From Octopus vulgaris (taxonomy: Eukaryota), in NCBI GenBank assembly GCA_951406725.2, contig OX597832.1, forward strand, positions 62,000,001 through 62,064,000: DNA of 64,000 nucleotides, read 5' to 3'. The notes beneath the pieces were generated by a model. It did no database searches, was not told the origin of the DNA, and saw only the letters and a program-made list of their open reading frames with translations. Each line of letters begins with the position of its first letter. The stretch's first letter is position 1. Positions 14,072 through 26,230 of the stretch are shown one piece after another. Made by a program: the position numbers and the translations under genes.

Positions 14072-14486
14072 AAATCCTTAAATCCTTAAAAATGTTTCAG
14101 CCCGAAGGCTGCGGCCATGCTGGAGCACTATCGCTGAATGAGCTACACTAGTATGTGAAATCACCTCTGATACGTGGCACTTGATCAACAAGGGAGTTCG
14201 ATGCCGCTGCCCGCATCTGTGTTTCCTGCTGAGAGATGGGTTCATCTGAGACCCCCGACAAGAAGAAATCCAGTTTAGTTTTAAAGAAATCCACATCCAC
14301 ACTATGCAGGTCTCTCAGGCATTTAGGGAGGATGTTGAAGAGCTGTGGTCCTCTGAAACCCAAGCTGTTGCAGTATCTGGTCCTGAATTTTGATGATGAT
14401 GTTGGAATCTTTGGCACCATGCAGTGGCGCCTCGTTCTACGGTTGGGGTAACTTTGAATGCCAAAGTTTGGGACAAGACCTTCCAT
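14072..14486 (-). mobile_element. CR1-like LINE 3' end: ORF2 C-terminus, 3' UTR and short-repeat tail
   Basis: ORF EGLVPNFGI...NSLGFRGPQLFNILPKCLRDLH...FKTKLDFFLSGVSDEP...RAAASNSL. It is followed by GTGCTCCAGCATGGCCGCAGCCTTCGGGCTGAAACA and a TTTAAGGA-repeat tail. Confidence 0.85.
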
Positions 14487-14749
14487 TATTTTTCCCTGTA
14501 ATCTAGCGGTTCCGCAAAAGTGACCGATAGAATATGTACTAAGCTAAGCTAAATAAATACTGGGACCGATACGTTGAACAAAAATTCTTCAACACGGTGC
14601 CCCAGCATGGCCGCAGTCTAATAACTGAAGCAAGTCAAAGAATAAAAGAATATCATGTTACACGCAAGAATTGTTGACTGGTCAAGAATTTGATTGTCCC
14701 AAAATGGAAATTAATTTTGATTGTATTCATTTGTTACACTAATGAAGTC

Positions 14750-15272
14750 GTATGTGTGTGTGTGACTGTATGTATGCATGTGCGTGTGTGAATGTATGTG
14801 TGTGTATGTGTGCGTATGCGAGTGTGTGTGTGTGTCTGTGTGTGTGTGAATGTATGTGTGCATGTGTTTGTGAGTGTATGTATGTGAATGTGCGTCTGTG
14901 AATGTATGTGTGCATGTGTGTGAATGTATGTATGCATGTGCGCGTGTTGTGTGTGAGTGTGCAAGTGTGCGTGTGTGAGAGCATGCGTGTGTATGTGCGT
15001 ATGTCAATATATGTGTGGGCATGTGTGCGTGTGTGAGTGTGTGCGTGTGTGAATGTATGTGTGCTTGTGCGCGTGTTTGTGTGTGTGCATGTGTTCGTGT
15101 GTGTGTGTGTGAATGTATGCGTCCGTGTGTGTGTGAGAGTGTATGTGTGTGCATGTGCGTGTGTCAATATATGTGTGTGCGTGTGTGAATGTAAGTGTGT
15201 GCATGCGCGTGAGTGTGTGCTTGTGTGAATGCACGTGTGTGTATATGTGTATGTGCGTGTGAGTGTATGTGT
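14750..15272. repeat. Degenerate (TG)n microsatellite, representative of dozens of TA, TG, TATG, TAGA, AAT and AAG tracts
   Basis: Direct reading. Similar tracts dominate 13770-14045, 17490-17815, 19340-19690, 22170-26350, 29715-29940, 32460-34460 and 37185-39870. Confidence 0.95.
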
Positions 15273-15673
15273 CACGTATCACGTCATAGTAATTAATTTA
15301 CCGTGAAATGCAACTTCTGGCCACGTCTGGTTCAATCATATATCGATGTTCAGTCTTGTTAAGGGCGATTTTGTTAAACAATAAATTCTTATGCATTCAC
15401 GCTTTTCAGATTCCTCTTTTATTTTGTTAAATGAGTTCCATTCAGGCTTTGTGTTCCTGTTTTGTTTTTTCGAAGACTTATTTTTTATCTGTGTAAATAG
15501 GATTCTATCCTTTCACATAAATTCTTCATATCTAAGGAAAGTGCGGCTTCAGTTCCACCACGCAAAGTAACCGATTCCAAGTCACAGAAACAGACAAATA
15601 ATATGCTACAGTACGTAACTGGTACATTATATAATAGAAACCTGAACGATGGAAGACAAAGTTGACGTTAGCG

Positions 15674-15817
15674 ACATTTGACCTCAGAGGCATTTGACCT
15701 CGGTGGCATTTGACCTTAGAAGTATTTGACTTCGGCAGCATTTGAGTCCAAGGGCATTTGACCTCGATGGCATTTGACCTCGGCAGCATCTAAAGTCAGT
15801 GGCATTTGAACTGCAAT
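15674..15817. repeat. Minisatellite, 9 x 16 bp (GCATTTGACCTCGGYR)
   Basis: Units start at 15674, 15690, 15706 and so on up to 15802, with a conserved GCATTTGACC core and a variable 3' part. Confidence 0.9.
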
Positions 15818-17019
15818 TAATGATTCAAAGCATATTTATTGATCTTTCAAAGTGTTTAGAATCCGGATTTTGGTAAAATATTTAAACAATTTATTCTATA
15901 TGCAGATATGGCTGCGTGATTAAGAAACTCACTTTGCAGTGTGGATTTGGGTTTAGCCTCACTGCAACCAGCGCAGCAATTCGGACCAAATGCTCCGGGT
16001 GGGTAATTCCCGACCATTGTCTTCTGATGTAATTTCTCAGACGGAAAATGTGTGGATGGCAGTCGTTTTATGTGTGTGTGAACGTATATGTGTGTGTGAA
16101 TATATGTGAATGTATGTGTGTGCTTGTGTGCGTGTTGGTGTATGTGAACGCATATGTATGCATGTGTGCGTATGTGTGTGACGGAATTACATGGAGGTAT
16201 GTCTGTGAATGTATTCGCGTATGTGTGTGAATGTGTGTGCATGTGTGCGCGTGTGTGTGAATGCGCGTGCGTGTGTATATGTGTGTTCACATACGTGTGT
16301 GTGCAGGTTAGTGCATGTGTGTGCGCGTGTGTGTGTGTGGGGTGCGTGTGTGGTATTATGTTTTCGTGTTTGTCTTTGTCTCTCACCGTTGCATGACAAC
16401 CCGTCTTGATTAATTATAATCCAATAACTTAGTGGTACGGCGTAATGATCGATCGAATAAGTACTAGTCTTGAAAATATGTAGCGGTTTTAAAATACGAA
16501 TTAGTCTTTAAAATAAATAACTGGGTCGATTTCTTCAACTAAAACCATCAAATTGAGGGGGCTCTAGCCTGACGGCAATGCAACAAAGAGGGGGGGGTCC
16601 AGCGTGGCAGTAATCTAATGGCTATAGTTAATAAAAGATGCAAGAGAAAAAGCGATAATTCAGAAACTGAGTGACTGACCCTATAAAAGACTTTAACTGC
16701 TAGAAATAAGAACCAAAGATCTCTCGACTCACACAGGAAGTGGGGAGGTCATATTTCGAAAACTTTCGACCAGAGTAGTTGGATTTACACTAACAGCATC
16801 CTTGTGATACATAACATTTAATTTTACTTATTTTAGTCATTAGACTGCGGCCATCGTGGGGCATGCTCGAAATGAGGAGTAGATTGAGAGCGCCGACTGG
16901 TGAAGGATCCTTTCTCTCTGTTTATTTGTCCTGTTTCCCTTTTTTTCTTGTTGTTTACGTATATATGTTATTTGCACCTTTGCTGACGTCCTGTACCCAT
17001 ATGTGCATGTATATATATG

Positions 17020-17320
17020 TCCCACTGCTTGGCACTTTCGGCAAGTGTCTTCTTCTAGATCCTCGAGCCCACCAAAGCATTGTGAGTGGATTTGGTAGAC
17101 GGAAACTGAAAGAAACCCGTCACATATATATCTATTTGTGTGCGTGTATGTATGTGTGTGTATCTTTGTTGTGTTTACGTCCCGTAACTTAGCAGTTCGG
17201 CAAAAGAAAACGATAGAGTAAGCATTAGGCTTAGAAACAATAAGTCCTGGGGTCGATTTGCTCGGTTAAAGGCGGTGCTCCTGCATGGCCACAGTCAAAT
17301 GACTGAAACGAATAAAAGAA
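17020..17320 (+). mobile_element. SINE family A, 5'-truncated
   Basis: Colinear from GTCCCACTGC to the GACTGAAAC tail. Confidence 0.8.
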
Positions 17321-17509
17321 TATATACATACATATATAATTCCAAGGGAGTTAGAGGTTGTGAATCCAGCCCTCTAAGGGATAGTATCTATTCAATATAC
17401 TGCAGGTAGAATACCCAAGTATTAATACGCAAGTGTTGGTTATTTCGTAGCAATTACACTACTGAGCGAATAAATGGATAGCTAGCCAGCTAGATAGATA
17501 GATAGATAT

Positions 17510-17614
<105 letters not shown>

Positions 17615-17665
17615 TAAATACCTACAGATATATATATATATAAGTATGTATGTATATATATATAC

Positions 17666-17708
<43 letters not shown>

Positions 17709-17756
17709 TTTATATATATATGGATGTATTTATATATATATATATATTTATATATG

Positions 17757-17809
<53 letters not shown>

Positions 17810-18771
17810 CGTATGTATTTCAGAAATATATATGTCATTACAAACAATCGATATTTGACCTGATGACTTACATTTATAGATATTCAAATGAACATATTAA
17901 ACAATGTGGAAAAGAAGTTATTTAGTTTTAAATGTTTCTATAGCCTTATGTCCAAAATATTTGTTTTTATTTAAACGCTAACGAGAGAATTCACTATCTC
18001 TAGATAATACAGAACGGAATTCGCTATGCCGTAAGCTAAGTTAAGCTTGACAAATTCAAGTGGATGTTTGTTATCAGATCTGTCATTGTGGATTTATTAA
18101 TAAGAAAACGTTTGAAGCTTCAGAATTTGAAAATATGAAGGTTGTTGTTTCAGGTACAGATATAGATATAGATATAAGATATAGAAATATTTGCCAAAAA
18201 TATTTGATTATTTTGAATATATCCCTTGAGGAACATAGCTTGTCAATAAAACCGCCGATACCGGGAATTCTCTACGATTGGAATATTTTCGGTGAGATGT
18301 ACTTTTGAAATATCGATTTTTGAAAAAATCTAGGGCAATGCTTCTATACAGCTGTGGGCTTGCGTTACAGTTTATTACAGTTTATTAAATTGAGAATCCG
18401 TATCCAGCGTATTACTGGAGCTAAAGGCGGTGAGCTTGGCAGAGTCGTTAGCACAATGGATGAAATGCTTTGTAGCCTTTCTTCCGGCTGTATGCTCTGA
18501 GTTCAAATTCCAGCGAGGTCGATTTGGCTTTTCATATTTTCGTGATTGACGAGAATAAGAACCAATCAGATACTGGGGTCGAAATAATCGACTTCCCCAA
18601 ACATCAAAAACTACTTGCCCTGTGTCAAAATTTGAAATCATAATGTACATTAAACTCCATCTTTCCTTCTCCTCCCAGGGTTGCCGAAATACACTTATGT
18701 TATGTATGTGCTACATTATACTTTTAGTGAATAATGACTTAAGCATAAATTTAATCAAATAACAGACTCCC

Positions 18772-18960
18772 TGAAATAATATGCCCTCCAAGACCATGGA
18801 CAGAATCAGCACATTCAATAACTGCACTATACTGGGGATAGCCAATGCCAGTTTACTTTCTAATGGTACACACTGCGTCAGATCCAATTCCAACTTTGAT
18901 GATATCTGCACCAAAAAGGATAAATTTTTCCACCATTTTTCCAGTGACAACATTACCAGC
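18772..18960 (-). pseudogene. GMPR: Isolated, disabled GMP reductase exon
   Basis: Minus strand, 63 codons: [62 protein letters not shown], colinear with the GMPR catalytic-loop segment. Acceptor TTTTTGGATAG is intact, in-frame TAA at 18855-18853, donor reads GGGAGT instead of GTGAGT. Confidence 0.9.
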
Positions 18961-19366
18961 CTATCCAAAAAGGAATTAGGTAAAACTGAACATTATTTAC
19001 ATTATGTCTGGGAGAAATTTTTAACCTGGGTTCTCATTCCTAAAGTATTTTTCGATATTATTATATTAAGTATCCTACTTAAACAAGATGCGTTACAAGA
19101 TCCTACCACCCCAAACTGCTCTGCTAATCCGGTAGTACTCCAAAAGCTTAGCGAAGGGGCAAGATCATTTTGAAATGAAGTACTTCATTGTAGGACACAA
19201 CCCAACAACTCGTCTAAGAATCGAAACCACAAACTCATGATCGTAAACTTCAACAGCATAACCGTCAAGCCACGGTCGATCAGAGTGTATTACACGTACT
19301 GTGTGTATGTCTGTGTGTAATATATATAGGAAGCTACTTACCACACATACATACATACATACGTAC

Positions 19367-19642
<276 letters not shown>

Positions 19643-20281
19643 TATATTTACAGATATAGGTATATGTGAGTGTGTGTGTGTGTGTGTATCTCTATAAATA
19701 TATACACACACCTCTATGCGTGAGCGGAATATTTGTTTATTGTACCCAAGGGAATAAAAGTCAAACAGCAAAAGTATATATTTTCATAAGCAATCAGCGG
19801 CACATTTCAAAGTAATGATTAGACCTAATGACGTCCAGAGACAAAGGATTGTTCGCTGTTAGGGTCCCTGATTTTGGCGAATTTATTAGCAAAGGAAACG
19901 AAGCGTATCGAACCCATTTGGGAATCGATTCCGTGACACGCACATGCTTTAGTCTCGAATTACCAACAATATTTTCCACATAGCATTATCTATTACTCTT
20001 TCTCTTACTCCATCTCTATATATACATATATGTACACACATACACACACACATAAACATATATAAATATGTATGTATGCACAATATTTAGTTGTATATGC
20101 GTGTGTCACGTGTGTGCTTGTGTCGGCCTCTGTGATTGTGCATGTGTATGTATGGATGCACACCTAGCAATCAGTCCGGGTACGTTCTGATTTTCCTTTG
20201 TATTTTTCGTATGTAACTCTATAGATGATTATCTGCCTCATTCTCTACCTTCTAAACCATATCGGTTTTGTATACAACAAC

Positions 20282-20357
<76 letters not shown>

Positions 20358-20547
20358 GGAGGGTGTAGAGAAAAATTCCTAGATTTACAGGTATAGCCAA
20401 AGGTCTCGTTGCGAAAGTTCACAGTTCTTTTACAGGGTTTAGAAAAACTGAAAGACCACTGCAATAAGTGTTTGAATAAAATCATAATTAACTGATCTTC
20501 CTGTATTGTCTTTTATCCAAGGCCAGGAAATTTTCAGTAAACCCTCC
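20358..20547 (+). mobile_element. Internally deleted mariner (MITE), 190 bp
   Basis: TA-GGAGGGTGTAGAGAAAAATTCCTAG versus reverse complement of the right end TA-GGAGGGTTTACTGAAAATTTCCTGG. An internal frame LLQGLEKLKDHCNKCL resembles a mariner C-terminus. Confidence 0.75.
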
Positions 20548-20550
20548 TAT

Positions 20551-20623
<73 letters not shown>

Positions 20624-20726
20624 ATGCATAAGGATGAAAAGGAACACACGAGTTGATGTATATGGAAAAACAGTCAAGATAAAGATGCTAAAATAATTTT
20701 ATAAAAAACAGTTCAGTACCGGTTTC

Positions 20727-20939
20727 GAATCTTTTCCTTTTGATGGACGGAATTTTCTAGTTAACTAAACAATTTGAAACTTCGTATACTGGTAGAATGT
20801 GTCAAAAGAAAACATTATTGTAAACAAAATTGAAAACAAAATTGTAATTTGTAAGTTTAACGTAGTTTAATTCTTCGAATTTTAACCAATGAAATGCCAG
20901 CATTTCAGCTCAAATCATTTGCTGCGTCTAAAAACATAA

Positions 20940-21028
<89 letters not shown>

Positions 21029-21986
21029 ACGTGTTATTCATCCTTCACTCTTCTGTCTGTCTTCTGTCTTCTGCATGTGCTAGAAATAACAGCTATATCT
21101 CTTAAATCGATGAATTTCGTCGCCCAATAAAAATATTAACGATATTTTTTTAATATTTTCTTTATTTTTTTTTACCGAAAAGGCTTCTCCCATGGTTTTG
21201 AAGAGCCAGAAACAACAAAAACAAAACAATAATATGCCTAAATTGGTCTAGAGGGTACACGTGGAGTGTGGCTCGTATTGTAAAAATTTGTGAAATATTT
21301 TTTCATAAAAGGATGCCCCAGCTTGTCGGAGGCTGTGATATAAATTGGGGAAAAATCCTCGACACCAGTGCGTAATTGGTACTTAATTTATCGACCCCGA
21401 AACGATGAAACATTGCCCCCCCCCCTTCTGGTTTATTTACCTTTTGTGTAAATTTGTTGCGGCAAGGGGCAAAACACAGAGGAGACAAAGCATGAGACAC
21501 AAAAGTATTAAGTCGATTCTATCGACACCAGTGCGAACTCACGAACGTGTATGTATGCTTGTGTGCGTATGTGTGTGTATGTATATCTCCGTTTGTATGT
21601 GTGTACGCTTATATATTAATTACTATGTGCTTGTGCGAATGTATATGCATGTGTTTAAGAGAGAGAGAGAGAGTGACAGAGAGAGAGTGTGTGTGTGTAT
21701 GTAAGTGTACGTGTGTATGTATCTGAATATATGTGTGTGTGTGTATGCGGCTTGCGTCTGCTATCTTTCTTTATCAATATCGATAACGCAGCAAAGGATT
21801 TGAGCTGAGATGCTGGCATTTCATTGGTTAAAATTCGAAGAATTAAACTACATTAAACTTACAAATTACAATTTTGTTTTCAATTTTCTTTACAATAATG
21901 TTTTCTTTTGACACATTCTACCAGTAAACGAAGTTTCAAATTGTTTAGTTAACTAGAAATGTCCGTCCATCAAAAGGAAAAGATCC
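20727..21986. mobile_element. Non-autonomous DNA transposon with ~200-bp TIRs and 8-bp TSD (Merlin- or MULE-like)
   Basis: 20727-20927 is a near-perfect inverted repeat of 21787-21986 (GAATCTTTTCCTTTTGATGGACGG... / ...CCGTCCATCAAAAGGAAAAGATCC). TSD CCGGTTTC at 20719-20726 and 21987-21994. No transposase ORF inside. Confidence 0.9.
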
Positions 21987-22589
21987 CCGGTTTCAGTTAT
22001 TGAGACTTTTTCAACTGTAACAATTAAATAATTAAATTTAGAAAAATTAAAAGAAAAGTTTTTTAAAAGAATATTTGTATAGTGCTCAAATGCAAGTGGC
22101 ATTTTCCTTGTTTCTGCCTGTCTCTGTCTCTCTTGCTTACTCGAGGTCCTTGTGAAGTCTTGGTAGGGAAGAAGAAGAAGAAGAAGAAGAAGAAGAAGAA
22201 GAAGAAGAAGAAGAAGAAGAAGAAGAAGAAGAAGAAGGAGGAGGAGGAGGCGGAGAAGGGGAAGAAGAAGAAAAATTTTGGAGTGCCATGATAGTAGTAT
22301 TTTGAATGGTCAGTGGAGGCTAGCAGTCCCTGTTCAATTCATGAAAATATTTCTTTAGAATGTTTTGTTTATAGAATTTGCGTAGGTGTTATACTAAAAA
22401 GCATTAGTGATAAAGTTAGGAAGGAGAAGGGAGAAGGGAGAAGAAGAAGAAGAAGAAGTAGAAGAAGAAGAAGAAGAAGAAGAAGAAGAAGAAGAAGAAG
22501 AAGAAGAAGAAGAAGAAGAAGAAGAAGAAGAAGAAGAAGAAGAATGAATGTAGAAAGTAGTAAGGTGTTAAATGACTTAAAATTTGCAC

Positions 22590-22635
<46 letters not shown>

Positions 22636-22818
22636 TACATATATATTTTCAGTGTAAAGGGACGTTCTACAATTTTCTGCCTTGTAAAATATTGACGTTC
22701 CACTTCAAACTATTTCAAACATCACCTCCCGTATTTCATACCATCAATGACGTTCATACGTTAAGATAACCAAAGCATTCCTGTGTTTGGAGCCACTGAA
22801 GAAGGCCGTATAAATTGC

Positions 22819-23055
22819 GGGAATTTCGAACCTGGGTTCTAATTCCTAACGTATTTTTCGATGTCGTTGTTGTTGTTGATGTTGTTGTTTCTCTTCTTCT
22901 TCTTCTTCTTCTTCTTCTTCTTCTTCTTCTTCTTCTTCTTCTTCTTCTTCTTCTTCTTCTTCTTCTTCTTCTTCTTCTTCTTCTTCTTCTTCTTCTTCTT
23001 CTTCTTCTTCTTCTTTTTCGTCTTCTTTTGTTATTATTATTATTATTGTTGTTGC

Positions 23056-23132
<77 letters not shown>

Positions 23133-23145
23133 TCGCTGCCTGGAA
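22819..23145 (-). mobile_element. Inverted partial H1 copy, head-to-head with 23149-23467
   Basis: Minus strand reads TTCCAGGCAGCGACCTGAATAAT...(AAT/AAG)n...CATCGAAAAATACGTTAGGAATTAGAACCCAGGTTCGAAATTCCC. Confidence 0.8.
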
Positions 23146-23148
23146 CCT

Positions 23149-23226
23149 TGGCTTATAGCGTAGTGGTTAAGAGCGCTGGCTACTAACCACAAGATACCGA
23201 GTTCGATTCCAGGCAATGACCTGAAA

Positions 23227-23284
<58 letters not shown>

Positions 23285-23467
23285 TCGAAAAATACCTCAG
23301 GAATGAGAACACACGTTCGAAATTTCCCCAAGACACCTGATGAAGGCTGGAGGGTACATCAGCCAAAATGTTGTGTTAATAGCAAACATGATGAGGACAA
23401 ATATCCGTCAGTTGTAAATAATGTAAATAATGTACATAATTCCTCATCTCTTAAATATAGAACTGTA
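23149..23467 (+). mobile_element. Family H1: tRNA-head + (AAT)n + hammerhead-tail retroelement
   Basis: A box TAGCGTAGTGG and B box GAGTTCGATTC, then (AAT)n, then a tail with CTGATGA at 23337 ending in AATATAGAACTGTA. Same architecture as 36225-36448. Confidence 0.85.
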
Positions 23468-24118
23468 GAATTGCATTATAAAATTATTGTAAATAACTTT
23501 AAAAACTAGAATTGCTTTCGATTATAAGGTACCACATTCATCTCCCAAAAGAGTTCTATAATCTTGCATGGAAGAAAGTTTATAGACGCGCACACACGCA
23601 CCCGTTTACAAATGCACACATGCACACATATTTAATTATTTATTCATATATACATACATAGGAATACACTAACACGCAAAGACACAAACACACACATGTA
23701 TATATGGGTAAATGTTGTTATATATTTATATATATATGTTTATGTAGATTTATGCGCATTTTAATAAATTCTGTCATATTCATATTGACATCAGAAGTAA
23801 AAGAAACGTCTAAGAGGAACGGCAATAACAACTGCAAGAAAACTACCACAACCAGAACCAGCCCCACCGACAGCAGATTATAAGACAACAATAACAACAG
23901 CAGCAAGAATCAGAGCAGCAGCACAACAGTAGCCACATCATGCACAAAAGTTACCTTCATGAAAATAATTCTATTGTAAAGCAAAATGTTGTTGACATAA
24001 CGACATTTTTTTTCGCCTCAAATTACGTGTTGGCGAAAACCCACCAAAATAATACCAAACAATTTCTACATGTCTCCCACAACGTCTAAGTTGCCAAATG
24101 CGTACATATGGATTTTTG

Positions 24119-24198
<80 letters not shown>

Positions 24199-24511
24199 TA
24201 TATGTATATACATATATATATATATGTATATATATATATGTAAACATATATATATCTACATATGTATATATATAAATATGTATATATATAAGTTTTTATA
24301 TATATGAGTAGATATACTTATGTATGTCAGCAGACACACGCGCACACACATACACAAACAATCACATCTGTATATGCATATATACACTTAATAAATATAT
24401 AAATATAGAATATATACATATAGCCATAAGTGTGAAATACGCGCAATGCGCATGCGCATTGGAATATGCAAACACACTCTTATACGCATACATACATACA
24501 TCTATGTACAT

Positions 24512-24560
<49 letters not shown>

Positions 24561-24608
24561 CGTATGTATATATTATATATATGTATATATGAGTGTGCGT
24601 ATGTGTAT

Positions 24609-24643
<35 letters not shown>

Positions 24644-24856
24644 CGTGCGTGTGGGTGTGAGTATAGGCATACAATTATGCAACTCAATGTTGCGAATATT
24701 TCAAATCGTGCAGCGAAACATTTACATTTAAAAAAAATTATATTAATTTCAAAACGCTACAAGTCAACACAATTCTTCAACCACCACCACCACCGCAAGA
24801 ACAGCAAAAACAACAACAAGAACTACTACTACTTCTACTACTACTACTACTACTAC

Positions 24857-24960
<104 letters not shown>

Positions 24961-25063
24961 TTAGTAATAGTAACAATAGTAATAATAATATCTATCTATT
25001 ATTATTATTATTTTAGTTATCATTATTATAATTCATATCATTATTATTATCATTAATATTATG

Positions 25064-25141
<78 letters not shown>

Positions 25142-26181
25142 AAGAGCACCAAGCGCGTTGAAATAAGTTTAGAATTCGTAAGAAAATGTCTACATAAGAA
25201 ACAGATTGATTTATACACCAAAAATTACATTTATCAAATACTTGAACAACATCAATCATTTGAAGAATTTCATTATATGGTTACGTTTATCACAAACGAA
25301 AACGAAGTTTCCCATAGCAAACCGGAGAAACCAATAAACATACGTACAAATACATACATACATACATACATACATACATACATACATACATACATACATA
25401 CATACATACATACGTACGTACATGTGTGTGTACATATATGTATGGGTATATGTAAACACACGCACGTATGCATATATATGCGTGTGTGGCTGTATATTAA
25501 ATTGAGATTTTATTTAATTTTCGAAAATGTATGTACTGTCTCCGGCAAGACAAAAAGAAATGCTAAGATGCAATTTAAAGCTACAAAATGTATTAGAATA
25601 TATGTCAAGGAATATCTTTGGATTTATTTATGCATTTGCTGCCATGCATAGGCACGCGAATATGCATACATTTACACACACACATTCACGCACGCACACA
25701 CACATATGCTTTGTTGGATGTGTACATATATATATGTATATATGTATGTGTGTATGCATGTATATACGTATAAATATGTATGTATGCATGTAAGGTGTGT
25801 ATGTATGTAAGTATACGTGTGTGTATATGTATGTATATATGTATGTATTTATTAAATATGCATGTATGGAGGTTTAAATATATATATATATATATATACA
25901 TAATATAAATAATATATAAATAAATATATATACTGAGAGAGAGAGAGAGAAAGAGTGGAGATATATATGCATGTATGTATAAATGTTCACATATGCACTC
26001 GTATACGTATAAATTTGTATATATACACAAACACACATTCACACATTCGTATATACAGAGTATATATATAACTTCATGTATATATATATATATATATATA
26101 TATGGATATGTATATGTATGGATATATATATGTATGGATATGTTTATTTATATACATACATGTATGCATATATATATGCGT

Positions 26182-26230
<49 letters not shown>

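Noticed and set aside
14660-14710. miR-219-like words (TGATTGTCC, AGAATTGT)
   Set aside because: Only seed-length matches, in the wrong order and with no hairpin.
15674-15817. CRISPR-like repeat-spacer appearance
   Set aside because: The period is only 16 bp, the context is eukaryotic and there are no cas genes.
23149-23222. tRNA gene
   Set aside because: A and B boxes are present, but there is no convincing acceptor stem and the sequence continues into a repeat body. It is a SINE-type head.
25061-25651. 196-aa ORF and the many YI, HT, CV and MYVC ORFs
   Set aside because: They are products of stop-free di-, tri- and tetranucleotide repeats.
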